From positions 80,104,001 through 80,168,000 of the forward strand of contig NC_043001.1 in assembly GCF_006345805.1 (NCBI RefSeq): DNA of 64,000 bases, in the 5' to 3' direction. Numbering within the stretch: the first letter of the stretch is position 1; every line of letters starts with the position of its first letter. Positions 27,122-41,100 of this stretch are shown piece by piece. Both the position numbers and the translations under genes were made by a program. The notes under the pieces were generated by a model. That model saw only the letters and a program-made list of their open reading frames with translations, was not told the origin of the DNA and made no database searches. The stretch comes from Octopus sinensis. Taxonomy: Eukaryota.

Positions 27122-27870
27122 CATCTACTTACTATCAAACGAAGCAAGGCAGCGCATCTAACCAATCAACTAATCGATTGATAGACATAAACCAACCAAT
27201 CAACCAATCAAACATAACGACACTAACTCTACTTATTCTCTTACATCGACCCCCAATGCTATTAAAAGAATCTCGGCTCACTTAGTATATCGCTAAACCA
27301 ATATTGTCGTTTCAATTCTCTCCGCCAATTGCTAACCGTTTAAACACTAATGCTTTTCTTGCCAGCATCATAGAAAAAGAACATCATTCATCACTTTTGC
27401 TATTGCTGTTGGTGATTCTTGTCTTGGTGGTGTTGTATAGTGATATAGTAATGGCTGGTTGTATGTTTACAGTGGTATACTTATATATATATACATATAT
27501 ACATATATATATATATATGTGCGTATGTACATGGCTTAGTTTAGTCTCGTGTAGAAATATAGTCAATTGTGAAGTATTATTTTAGGTTTGGGTTTGTGTT
27601 TGGTTTTCTATGTGTGCGGAATCAATTACGTTGATTCAGAAACATTGCCCAACCCCCGTCTATAGAGATTGTCAATTTTTAGCCCGTTTGATGTGCGGTT
27701 CTTATAGATCTTTTTAATGCTGTCCATGTTAGATTATATATGATGTGTGTTGTGTGATTTTGTGCTGAATTATCTGATGCTATGTGATCTGATAAGTATA
27801 GGCATGCATGTATGCATACAGACACAGATGCATACAAATAGAAATATATATACATATATAATCTTATATA

Positions 27871-27905
<35 letters not shown>

Positions 27906-28006
27906 GCATATATGTGCATATATACTGATATAGGTTTATATAATGAATACATGCATATATGCATATAAGTGCTATAGAAAGGTAAAGATATATAAGCATA
28001 TGTAGG

Positions 28007-28068
<62 letters not shown>

Positions 28069-29209
28069 TATATATAGAGAGAGATATATGTATATATATA
28101 TATATAATATATATATATATATACAAACATATACATAGACATATATGTATATACATATGCATATAGGCATGCATATATATGTATATATATATATATAATA
28201 TATATACATGCATATATACACACAATTACGTATATATATATATATGTATATACATATCCCTATATATAGATATATTTGTCTATGTATGTGAATGCATATA
28301 TATGCGTATATATATATATATATAATTCTATATACATCCGTCCTTATATATCTATACAGACATACACAGCATGACAGGGGTGTGGAGTATGGGTATTGTG
28401 GCGGGGACAGAGAATCACAGTGTAAGATAATCATACCAACAAATTCAAAGATGTATTGGTACAAACACAGATTCCAGATAAGAAAAAAAAACCCAGCTAA
28501 ATACATAGCGAAATAAAATCTCACTTAGTCTTTTCCCTTTCTCTATATTAGTTGAATAAACCGGATATCGATCCTGTGTCACAGACTCTGATCGCCAATA
28601 TTTGACCGCCCATGCCAAGCAGTTCGATGCAGGTAAACGGTAAATGCATACATATTTACATTTATAAGGACATCACATACGTCTTCATATTAAACTTATA
28701 TTTACACCAGAAACATTGGCATGTATAAAGAAACCATCTCGGATACCTTCAAGCGTCTCTCTCTCTCTCTCCCTCCTCTCTCTCCCTCTCTCTCTCTCTC
28801 TCTCCCTCTCTCTCTCACTATATATATATATATATATACATGCATGTATGTATTTATGTATGCATGTACAGATGTATGTATGACTCTCTCCTCTCCTCTC
28901 TTCCTCTATGTATATATATAATATATAATATATATATATATATATATACATAGAGTTAGCTAGCTACATATTCATGCATACACACTCACATATATGTGTG
29001 TGTGTGAGTGTGTATACATACACATCTTTACATACATATATGTGTGAGTATGAATGTGTATGTGCATGTATGTGCATATGTGCACATGTCTATATATTCT
29101 TTCATTCTTGTATACGTTTCAGCTACAGAGTTGTGGCCGTGCTGGAGAACCGTCATGTATATATATATATATATATATAGATATAAGTATATTTATGTGT
29201 GTGTATATA

Positions 29210-29256
<47 letters not shown>

Positions 29257-29505
29257 TATACTCTTTACTCTTTTACTTGATATATATTATATATATATTC
29301 ATGCACACGAGCTCCTATACACAAAGTAGCATCCTCCTTATAGACACTAACTAGTATGTATCACGCACATATTCCCATATACTGGTGCACAAGCAGATGC
29401 ATGCATCTACATTTATTCACATATATATATACACACACTCAACCCTCATTTTTGACAACCAAATTTAATGAACAGCAAAACTGTTCTGAATAACAAACAG
29501 TTTCT

Positions 29506-29545
<40 letters not shown>

Positions 29546-29736
29546 GTGTGTATGTGTCTGTGTGTGTTTGTGTGTATGTGCTGTATAATAAAATTTGTAT
29601 TTTTATATGATTCTGGGCACACACTAATACACATTCACGTAGAAACACACAGAAACAGATACAGGTATACCAATATACATTCACATACATGCATATATAC
29701 ATACTTACATACATGCATTCATATATTATATATATA

Positions 29737-29777
<41 letters not shown>

Positions 29778-29920
29778 TATATATATATTATTATATTATA
29801 TATTATATATATAATATATATATATATATGAATAAGTGTAGATGAGTGCATTTGCTTGTGTATTAGTATATGGGACTATGTGCGTGATACATACTAGTTA
29901 CTACGAGCTCATGTGCATGA

Positions 29921-29964
<44 letters not shown>

Positions 29965-31171
29965 GTATTATATATGAATATATACATGTATGTATGTATT
30001 TATGTATGTATGTATACGCACGCACGTACACATATAATAAACCGAGGCGTCAGAAACCGGGAAATTAAATGTGAAATCAACAGATATTTCGATATATTGC
30101 GTAGTTGACGGTATTGGTAATGGAGGTGATGAACGCGTTGGTGGTGAGGTGAGGAGAGTGGTATATGGCGATCGTAGCACGGCGGTGGTACTGTGCTGTG
30201 ATGGTGGTGGTTTCGTGCTGATATGGTAGTCAAGGTGGCTGTGGTGATGGAGGTGGTGGTAATAGTACAGCGGTCGCCATCACATTCGTCGTTGTCATCT
30301 TTCCCTGATGGGTCTATAGACGATGTTTGGTTTATTGGTACTTCGATGGAAGTGGTGGTGGTGTTGATGGTGACGGTGATGATGGTGGTGGTGATTATGG
30401 TGGTGGTGGTGGTGATTGTGGTGGTGGTGGTGGGTGATGATGATGGTGATGGCAGTGAAGGTGGTGGTAGCTGTGGTGGTTTTGTTTAGTAGTGGTGGTG
30501 GTGGTGGTGATGGTGGTAATGATGCTGGTGACGTTGGTGATGGTGGTGATGGTGGTGGTGCTGGTGGTGCTGGTAGCGGTGGTGGTGATGCTGGTGGTCG
30601 TCGTCGTTGTCGTCGTTGTGTTTGAAGTGGTTGTGGCAACGGTTATCATCGTCTACATTGTTGCCGTCGTTGTCATTATATTGTGTTCTTCTAATCCGGG
30701 AAGCTGGCGGAAATGGTTGCGCGTCGGACAAAATGATTAGCAGAATTTCTTGCGACGTATTACATTCTGAGTTCAAATTCCACCGAGTTGACTTTGCCGT
30801 TCATCCTTCGAGATCGATAAAATAATAACCAGTTGAGCTTAGATCGCTCCCCTCAATATTGTTCACCTTGTTTCTAAATTCGAAATGATTCTGGCCTTGC
30901 AATTGTCAAGTATACATGTTGGTGGTGCTGGTGCTGGTGCTGGTGGTACTGTTGCATCTTGTTATGGCAGCGACGGCGGTGGTGTTATGATGACGATGAA
31001 AGTTATAATCTTTTCTACTCTAGGCACAAGGTCTGAAACTGTGGTGGAGGCGCAAGTCGATTAGATCCACCCAAGTATGCAAATGGTGCTTAATTTATCA
31101 ACCCTAAAAGGATGAAAGGCAAAGACGACCTCGGCGGAATTTGAATAATAATAATATAATAATATAATAAT

Positions 31172-31203
<32 letters not shown>

Positions 31204-31359
31204 TAATAATAATAATAATATAACAATAATAATAATAATAATAATAATATAATCTAATAATAAAATAATAATAATTGATAACAATATAATAATAATAAAA
31301 TAATAATAATAATAATAAAATAATAATAATAATAATATTAATAATAATATAATGATAAC

Positions 31360-31419
<60 letters not shown>

Positions 31420-32425
31420 CTCGAACAATTCCTTACGTTGTCGGTGACCCTAATTTGGTTCACAGAAGCAGAGCTCGAAGCTATCAAAAGACGGGTCTTG
31501 GAAAATAGCAAAAGAGATGACGATGAAAATACAGTTCTTACTAATAAGAGTAATCGCTTAGCACAGGAAAGGGGCAGTGGTAATTTACTTGATGAGAGAC
31601 ATGTAGATGATCTAAAGGAAGAAAATATAACTAATGGCGACATGACAGATGAACAAAAGGCAATCTACGACAGAATAAAGGCAAGACTACAGGAGAACGA
31701 TAGTGATATTATTTGCAAACTTAAAAAGGTCGATCGATGGAAATTGAACCAAGAAACGAAAAATACCAATGATATTCTGAAATACATCAGAACAAACAAC
31801 ATCACAGAAACAAATAATTTGATCAAGACAGCAAGTATTGTTTTAGCAGAAAACGTGGGTATTGACGTCAAGAAAAAGAAACATAATGGGGGTGACAAAA
31901 GAAAAGAACAATGGTGGAAAAGAATAATACAGGCAGGGCTAGAATGCTCTTGAAGGAAATCTCTGTGTTAGAACGAAAAGAGAAAGAGGAGCTTAAAAGC
32001 GAACAAAAATACAGGGCGCTGAAAAGGAAGTATAATATTGAAAGAAAGGGCCTGAAAGTGGTAACGGAGGAACTGAAATAGCGCCTCGTTGCAAAGAAAG
32101 CAAAGATGTAAGATACGACCAAAGAATGAAAGGGTTACCACCAGAATAGGTTATTCACAGTAGATCAGAAGAGATTCTATAAAGAAATAAATGGAGATTG
32201 TACAGATGGAAAGTTGATACCAGATCACAATGAAAGTCAATGTTTTTGGGGTGACATCTGGAGCAAAGACAAAGATCACAAGAAGGATGCTGAATGGTTG
32301 CAAGAACTAAAACAGCAGTCTGTCCAAAACAAGCAGAATTAGTCATTTCAGTTACGGAAGTAAAGGAAATCAGCAAACTGGAAGGCCCTAGGACCAGATG
32401 GAGTTCAAGGCTACTTGAGCAAAAT
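31420..32425 (+). pseudogene. R4/Dong-clade non-LTR retrotransposon fragment (pre-RT region to RT start)
   Basis: WFTEAELEAIK, LKKVDR, ITETNNLI, WWKR, QNRLFTVDQKRFY, FWGDIWS, WKALGPDG; abuts the (AAT)n array at 31143-31419. Confidence 0.8.
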
Positions 32426-32749
32426 GGCTAACGACACTTCTGTCTCCTTACGATTTGATGTGAAATGCAACCGAGCTCGACTTTGCCTTACATCCTTTCG
32501 GGGTCGATGATATATGTACCAGTTGTACCAGTTCTGAACTAGAGTCGATGTAATCGGTTTCCACCTTTCACTCGAAAGTTACTCGCCTTACGCCAAAATT
32601 AGTAAGAAATATATTATTAGTTTTAAAGCTATTTTTAAGGGAGATATTCATAACTGTCCCAGCTTATTACAATTTTAGTATATCATTATTATACGCCTAA
32701 TAAGCTGAACTAACAAATTTTGTTACTCTAGATTGAAAGAGGCGGCTGT

Positions 32750-33602
32750 AACATCACATTGAACACGCTCTACTAAACATTGCTTGTCACAGCTGACTAG
32801 TTTCCAGAATGCAGTCAGACATGAAGACAACGTTAAACAAGGCAAAAACGCTAAACAAACTTATGCAATATTCCAGCTTGTTTATGGATTAACTTGTATG
32901 AGCCGAGCATCTGTTTCTCGCTGGAACAAGAGGTTCCAGGACAGCAGAAAGTGTGAGTGAGACGATGCGATGTGTGAATGTCAGCACATCACTGCTAGCT
33001 GAGAAAATTCGTAATTTTCTGGCTGAAGACATTTGGGTGTCTATAAAGACAATAAGTATCTATAAAGACAATAAGTTTGGGTTGGTGTAGCAACTGCACG
33101 CATAATTATTTATGTAAATCTAAACATACGCAAAATTTGTGCAAAGTTTGTTCTCACGCTGCACAGTGAGGAGCATCCAGGCAATCGACTACTTGACATA
33201 GATGGACATCAAAACTGTCACTTGTCTCCCCTACATTCCAAACCTTGTTTTCTGTGAATTTTGATTATCCTATGGCATAATTAAAATTCACAGGGAACAA
33301 GGTTCACGTGGAACAAGGTTCACAGGGAACAAGGTTCACTTGGAACAAAATTCACAGGGAACAAGATTAAGTACAAGCTCAGAGTCTGTCGTTTTTGGAG
33401 GCGAATGCGGCTGTGGCAAGGGTCCAGAGCAGTTTTACTTTGGAGACCTCCTATGTGTCCCTCACGAAGTGACCGGGGCGTTACAATTAGTGCATTGAAG
33501 TCAAAGGATTCTACAATGACGAAGACTAGTCTTTCCTATTTCTTTGAATTTAATAAATGTTTCCCCTGAAAAAGTCTAAAAACTTCTGGAATGCATCTTG
33601 TG
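32750..33602 (+). mobile_element. Internally deleted mariner fossil
   Basis: GKNAKQTY..VYG..MSRASVSRW.KRF, NIRKICAKFV, PYIPNLVFCEF (HPPYSPDLAPCDF-like) and a right terminus aaaaacttctggaatgcatcttg. Left end uncertain. Confidence 0.8.
33287..33366. repeat. Five tandem copies of a 16-bp unit ttcacRKggaacaaRR inside the mariner
   Basis: ttcacagggaacaagg / ttcacgtggaacaagg / ttcacagggaacaagg / ttcacttggaacaaaa / ttcacagggaacaaga. Confidence 0.95.
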
Positions 33603-34309
33603 TCTGTGTTAATACAATTCCATGTGTATATAGGTGAACATACCATTTTTTTGTGATTGTCGAAGTAGATATTTTACGTGGATATTATGTTTCTGTGAAA
33701 GTGCTATTGTCTATATTTCTCCATTAACATATATCTGCGCATATGTATATATTCGTTAACATATTTGAATATGTGTTTATGTGTATGTGCGTATGCTTAG
33801 GTGAATGCGTGCTTCCTTGCGCACAAATCATTATGCCAGTTCATATCTAGATATTCATTGAAAATACTACTCTTTACGCACGAATACAGATGCACACATG
33901 GACACGCAGAGGCACAGACATATACATATCTTTAGAGAGATAGACAGACAAACAGACAGACAGACAAACAGATAGATAGATAGACAGAAAGATAGAAAAT
34001 AGATAGATAAATAGGTAAGTAAGTAGGTAGGTAGGTATGTAGGTAGGTAGGTTGGTAGGTAGGTAGGTAGGTAGATAGATAGATAGATAGATGATAGATA
34101 GATAGATAGATAGATCGATAGAAGATAAGATAGATAGATAGTGATAAATAGATAGAATAGATAGATAGACAGACAGATAGATAGATTATAGATCAGATAT
34201 CTAGATTATAGATAGATAGATAGATAGAGAGTTAGTTAGAGATAGAGAGGGTGAGAGATAAACTTATTGTATGTTAAATATATTCTCAGATACATAACAT
34301 ATTGATATG

Positions 34310-34340
<31 letters not shown>

Positions 34341-34411
34341 ATATATATATTGTATTTGATGTATATGCATACATACATATATATATAATATTATATGTAT
34401 GTAGTATGTAT

Positions 34412-34449
<38 letters not shown>

Positions 34450-35095
34450 TAGATAGAGAGAGAGAGAGGGATGTAGTTATAGATATTCGTACAAACATAC
34501 ACACATGCATACATACATACAAACATACATACATATGAACGAATATATTTGTTGTTGTGACCTTTAGTCATGTGATCTTTACAGACTTTACGTTTTCAAT
34601 ATGGCTGCCAATCATAATTTCACGATGCCCAGTCTCTTAGACTGAAAATATTTTCCTTCGGACAACCTCTTTTTCCCATGACAGTTTAATAACACTGGAC
34701 TGCACTCTATTTATTAGTTAGCTAAAAGCAACTGTCAGCTTAGTTGTAATGGTGTTGTATACCACTTCCGACTAATGGTTAATACATACACCATGTAAAC
34801 ATGATGATAGCAGGACTACCTTTCTTTATGTGTGTTTATATCTGTCAATCCGTTTGAGCTTGTATGTGTATTTATTGTGTGTATGTATGTCTATGTGGTA
34901 TTGTTCTAATGCGTAAGTGATTAATATTTTTTGTGTTTATAGTGAAGAATATGGTGTAAACCTATAGATAGAAATATAGAAGATATTGTTTCGGTTTATG
35001 ATTTCATTAAGCACGAAATCAACTTTTGCTAAGAGATAAGAAAAGTTTATTGCTTTGTGGGAAGTGTTACAAACATGACATGCATACATTTATAC

Positions 35096-35147
<52 letters not shown>

Positions 35148-35401
35148 TGTATGTATGTATATATGTATGTATGCATGTATGTATGTATGTACATTTGTAT
35201 GTATATATGCATATAACAAATCTAGTTATATATGTTTATTATAATATATATATATATATATAATATATATATATATATACATATAGAGAGAGAGACGTAA
35301 ATATATATATATACGTACACATATGCATGCATATGAATATATGAATACATTATGCATACATACATACATACATACATACATACATACAGACAGACAGGCA
35401 T

Positions 35402-35432
<31 letters not shown>

Positions 35433-35433
35433 C

Positions 35434-35529
<96 letters not shown>

Positions 35530-35563
35530 GTATTACTTATACCAGAATTTTATTTTGTTTTTG

Positions 35564-35602
35564 TCGTGACTTGAGTTTCACACCGCTGCGCTCTTCAGAT
35601 GG
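35564..35602 (-). ncRNA. Minimal type I hammerhead ribozyme candidate
   Basis: cat-CTGAAGA-gcgc(agcg)gtgt-GAAA-ctcaaGTC-acg: canonical core and GUC site, wobble-rich stem II, one stem I mismatch. Confidence 0.7.
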
Positions 35603-36334
35603 ATATTATTTTTTCCGTTATTTTGAACTTTTTCATTTACTTTAAAGTGGATATATTCTTCTGAGTGTGATTATCATTTACGTTGGTGATTTACTAAATA
35701 TGATTCTGTTAAGATGGTGCTTTTTAATCACCGATTCATTTGTTGTTTTTCTCTGTTATTTGATTTCGTTGTCATATTTTGTCATATCATGGTTTCATTT
35801 CAAGATGTTTTGATAACTGTCGTAAAGTCAGTTTTTATTGACCACTTCATCAATTTTTTATCTTCTGCTTACTGGTCGGTTTGATTATTATGTCTGGTTT
35901 CTAAAACGGTGAGCTTACAGAATCGTAAGCGCGTCGGACAAAATGCTTAGCAGCTTTCCTTCTTACTTTTAACATTCAGAATTCAAATACCCATGAAGTC
36001 AACTTTGCCTTTCATCCTTTTGCTGTCAATTAATCAAAGTACCGGTTTAAGTACCAATCGACTAAGGCTCCTTTCTCTAAAATTACTCACATTTTGCCAA
36101 AATCTGAAACAATTATTTCAACTCCTTCTAACAAATTGCAATTGCATTGGTTTCCCTGAGAGGTGAGTTTAATGTCACTAAAACGTTGCTTATCCAATGT
36201 TGCGTTCTGAACAACATAATCTTATCAGCTCTAAAGACAGTGTTTCACCATTGCCTCACTCGCTACGATTAATACATACATGTACACACACACGTACACA
36301 CACATACATGATATATATATAGTTCAAATTTATA

Positions 36335-36490
36335 GAAAAACGAAGACGAAGGCAGATGTATGAACAACAAGCAAGTGTATTAGTTTGATGCTCGGAAAAA
36401 ATGGAAAAGTCTTTTACGTTTCGAGCCTATGCTCTTCGACAGAAAAGAATAAGAGGAAATGAATAGAGAATGAAAACAAAACATGTCGCG
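36335..36490 (-). mobile_element. Solo Penelope-type terminal module with hammerhead-like motif at 36411-36446
   Basis: Reverse-complement homologue of 53080-53215; tttt-CTGTCGAA-gagc(atag)gctc-GAAA-cGTA-aaag. Confidence 0.75.
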
Positions 36491-36525
36491 TTCAGTGGTC
36501 CTGCTCAAATATATATATATATATG

Positions 36526-36571
<46 letters not shown>

Positions 36572-37880
36572 TATATATATATATATATAATATTATATAT
36601 ATGTATATGTATATATTTATGTATATATATATGTATGTATATATGTATATATGTATATATATATATGTATACATGTCTATATGTATATACATACATATAT
36701 ATATGTATGAATATATATATATATATGTGTATGTATACATGTATATATGTAAATATATTCTGTTATTTATTTACTTGTTTCACTCATTTGACTGCGGCCA
36801 TGCTGGAGCACCACATTTAGTCGAACAACTCAATCCCTGGACTTATTCTTTGTAAGCCTAGTACTTATTCTATCGGTCACTTTTGCCGAAACGTTTTGTT
36901 AAACGATGGTGGGGGGGACAAACAGACGCACAAACATATACATACATACATACACACACGCACACACATATGCAACGGGCTTTTTTCAATTTCCGTCTAC
37001 CAACTTCACTCACACGGTTTTAGTCGGCTCGGGGCTATAGCAGAAGACACTTGCCCAAAGTGCCACACAGTGGGACTGATCTCGGAACCATGTGTCTATG
37101 TATACATATATATCATGTAACCACACAGACGGAATCTAAAAATATCGCTCTTGTTATGCACTGAATCCTTGAACAGAAACAATACGAACATCTATTAATA
37201 TGTATTAATGTTTATTAATATTTTCTCTTACAACCGCACAACGTTACAATAACTTCAGACATCAAGAAAATCATATTTAAATCCACACATTCTAATTCTG
37301 AATATGCTATTTTTAAACTCACGAATTTGCAACAAGCGTTCGGTACCATAATTTCTTCTGATAATCTTCCGTAGCAGGCCTACACAAATATTATAATCAA
37401 AACTGCGGTATAATAGTAAAATAATAAATAATGAAGACGGGAGGCTTTTACAATATGCAAAGGGACATTAAATATTTTAGCACAAAGATCCTACATGAGA
37501 AACGAACGCCTCAGAAACGTAGGTTTAAGTAGATCCTGCCACGTTGATCGCCGTACGGACAATGATCCTCGTAGACCCTCACATTTTGATTGCAGTCAGC
37601 ATGCCCGAACCTACGTAAAATTACATTTCTAAGCCATTCATTTCTAATGTCTAACTGTCGTCTTTATAACCAGGGAATATTATGATTTGCAGAGCATAAG
37701 TAAAACACACAATGACTCACTAGCACCAAATCTGGATCGATGGTACTCACACGCTCAAAATAGCATAAATCCTGAGATTACTTATTCAAACGAATGGCAG
37801 AGATTAGGTCATCTACAGAGTATTGATTCACAAATACGCTGTGTCGTCTCTCCATCTATTTCGCTACGGTTACAATGCTC

Positions 37881-38328
37881 TTTTACTCATTTTTACTTGT
37901 TTCAGTCATTTTACTGCGGCCATGCTGGAGCACCGCCTTTAGTCGATCGAGCAAATCGTCCCCAAGAATTATTCTTTGTATGCCTCTTTTTTCTATCGGT
38001 CTCTATTTCCTAACAGCTAAGTTACGGGGACGTAACCACACCAGCATCAGTTGTCAAGCGATGTTGGGGGGACAAACACAGACACACAAACATATGCACA
38101 CACATACATACATTTATATATGAATATATATATATAGATATATATATATATATATATATATATACACGACGGGCTTCTTTCAGTTTCCCTCTACCAAATC
38201 CACTCACAAGGCTTTGGTCGGCCCGAGGCTATAGTAGGAGACACTTGCCCAAGGTGCCACGCAGTGGGACTGAACCCGGAACCATGTGGTTGGTAAGCAA
38301 GCTACTTACCACACAGCCACTCCTACGT
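37881..38328 (-). mobile_element. Full-length SINE family A; further full or partial copies at about 36765-37092, 44490-44720, 45500-45975, 46110-46270, 50740-50900, 51710-51900, 61545-61745 and 61850-62060
   Basis: Same head, core, internal microsatellite and tail as 18669-19143. Confidence 0.9.
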
Positions 38329-38855
38329 CTCAATGTTCTTTGTTCATTAGAATTATACCCCTGTTATCAATATCAGCAGGTTTTCTTATTCCCGCTTCAT
38401 CAGACCCCACTTAAAGACTTTCAAACAATTCCTTTCCAAATCAGTTGCCCCAAGGAAGATATCGAGTCAGGCCACTATTTTCCCCGGAGACACCAACACA
38501 CTGATGTCAAATCTGACCGTTAAAATCGTGAAGTTTACCAAAATGGAAGAATACTTGAAACTTAAATGAAATTCTAAATAATAGCTTCGTTAGATATAGA
38601 TCGATTATCAGACATAACTCCAAATGTAGACAAAGGTATTGTTTACTGCTGCGCAAAGATCTATGAAAGATATATATATCACAAGTGCAAGGGTTATCGT
38701 CCTCAACAAAGAGCATTGAGCAGGTTTATCGAATGGTATGTTATAGATGACCTTATCTAAAATAGCAATACAGTTTCATCACAGATCCTGGGAAGTTAAG
38801 AGCTAATCGGACTTTTGATTGGCGTCATCAACACAGATATTAATAGTGATATATT

Positions 38856-38899
<44 letters not shown>

Positions 38900-39506
38900 A
38901 CACACATTGTAGCGAAAATGCATCCTCAAAATTGTTGCCATGAACATGATATTGTGTTTGAGTACGTGAGTGTCTATGTGTGCATATATATAAGCATGCA
39001 AGTATGCTTGTGTGTATATATATATATGCATGCAAGTATGCTTGCACACACACAGATACACGCACATATACATACTCACACAGACACATACGCACACATA
39101 TGGATATATACTATCACAAGAAGTAGTAGCATTAATAGTAGAAGTCGTAGAAGCAGCAACACCCAGAGGAGTATAATCTGTTTCACCAACATCATCATCA
39201 TCATTATCGTCGTCGTCGTCATCATCATCGTCGTCATCATCATTATTATCTCCATCATCATCATCATCCTCATCATTATCATCATCACCATTACCACCAC
39301 CACCACCACCACTACCACCACTATCACTACCACCACCACCACCACCACCATCATCATCATCATTATCATCATATAATATACTTGTCCGTGTGTGTCTTTG
39401 TGTATACATGTGTATGTGTTATATATATATAAATATATATATATACATACATATATATATACATATATATATACATACATATATATATATATTTATATAT
39501 ACATAT

Positions 39507-39588
<82 letters not shown>

Positions 39589-39642
39589 ACTTATATACAT
39601 CATATATGTATATGCGTGTATATATGTATAAATGCATGTGGT

Positions 39643-39815
39643 TACAGAAAAATATTTCTCGTATATAAAAGATTAGTACAATCGATTTTACAATCAACTG
39701 CTCTAATCAGCGTGTCTAAAATACTAGAACTTTATTATTTTAGACAAGTTGATCCAATCGGGTGATTGTAAAATCGATTGTACCAAACCTTTATGTATGA
39801 GGAAGTATTCCTGTT
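39643..39815. mobile_element. Fold-back MITE-like element
   Basis: About 55-bp imperfect IRs with a perfect 21-bp core gtacaatcgattttacaatca (39676-39696 / 39763-39783), plus inner IRs gtctaaaata/tattttagac. Confidence 0.8.
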
Positions 39816-39993
39816 TGCTCGCATACCATTCGAGCGTAACGCTAATGTAAGCCTTTGCTGAGGACTTTGGATAGAATTCATTTATTAATTTAATTCTTTT
39901 GTAATTGTGACTTATTTGTACATTGAAACAAAAGGAATCAGTGCCCCCTCCCCCAACACACACACAAACACACACACACTCACACGTGTATAT

Positions 39994-40215
39994 GAGAGTG
40001 GGCACAGGAATGTTGGTCGACCATGGCTGAGATATAAGAACAAGCTGAAGAATAATCTCTCAGGAGTCAATATAGCTCACAACACCTTTGAACAAACAGC
40101 ATTAGAGCGAGCAAAATAGAGACAGTCGTGTCAAAATGGTACAAGAGACTTTGTTTCAAACAGCATAAACAGGCTAAAGTGTTCAAAACAAAGGAGAAAA
40201 GCAGCTGCAGATATA
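39994..40215 (+). mobile_element. RTE-clade LINE 3' ORF fragment
   Basis: GHRNVGRPWLRYKNKLKNNL..I..NTFEQTALERAK*R resembles the RTE/BovB C-terminal GxRxxGRPxLRYKD..L..WE..A.DR..WR motif. Confidence 0.7.
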
Positions 40216-40394
40216 CTGCTTGCCCTTTCCCGTAATCTTTATACTTTCAAGATATGAGGGCTTTGCAAGTCATTCTTGGGGCTCAAATCACACATTCGAT
40301 ATAAGCATTATGACTGACAGAGAAAAGAAAAATGGGTTGTCGGATCCTCATGCGTCGAAAACCGATGGGAGAGTCCATCATATATATATATATC

Positions 40395-40434
<40 letters not shown>

Positions 40435-40535
40435 TTTATTAAAGCAGCAGAAATTCAACAAAACCTGTTACTCTGAGTTTCCCGTTGCCGTTCATCGACA
40501 GTTTTTCCACCTTGTTTCACATTTATGTGTTTACT
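40435..40535 (-). mobile_element. Solo Penelope-type terminal fragment between (TA)n arrays, with degenerate hammerhead (40462-40503)
   Basis: ctgt-CGATGA-acg(gcaa)cgg-GAAA-ctcagaGTA-acag: 4-bp stem I and stem III present; core one base short; stem II mismatch. Confidence 0.55.
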
Positions 40536-40538
40536 CCG

Positions 40539-40583
<45 letters not shown>

Positions 40584-40592
40584 TATATATAT

Positions 40593-40671
<79 letters not shown>

Positions 40672-40689
40672 CATAGGGAGACCAATAAG

Positions 40690-41100
40690 AAACTATACAT
40701 CCATAGAAAGGTGCACAAGCCGACAGACACTTCTATATAAAAAAAGCACTCCCAAAAACGTGTCAAACCCGGAACTTCAAAGTTTCCATCATGACAACCC
40801 AACGCAACATGGGTAATCTCACAATTATGGAAGCTCAGCTTGTAAATAGATTGAAACCAGCTATTAACAACAGAAAAGAACTATGCGAAACAGACTGGTT
40901 GCTATAGCAACAACCGCCAGCGCATGTCACCTTCCTCCTTCCTCACCTGTACCCACCCACATACTTCTGAGCAACAAACATTTTCCAACCACCGCTTTTC
41001 CGAATGTCCTGAAGAAAGGGTCTTCACTCTGAAATATAGAAATACAAGGTAAAATTGTGTTCCGGCTTTATACAACTATATTCTTTAATATACATTCATT
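40690..41100 (+). mobile_element. Penelope-like GIY-YIG C-terminal remnant plus 3' terminus with degenerate hammerhead (41009-41034)
   Basis: KTCQTRNFKVSIM..LTIMEAQLVNRLKPAINNRKE; downstream CTGAAGA-a-aggg(tcttca)ctct-GAAA lacking a clean cleavage triplet. Confidence 0.65.

Noticed and set aside
33287-33366. Possible CRISPR-like array
   Set aside because: Units are directly adjacent with no unique spacers; eukaryotic minisatellite.
37517-37616. 9-bp inverted repeat acgtaggtt/aacctacgt enclosing about 80 nt
   Set aside because: No snoRNA boxes or further pairing recognised.
38370-38412. Minus-strand CTGATGA...GAAA
   Set aside because: No pairable stem II, stem I or stem III.
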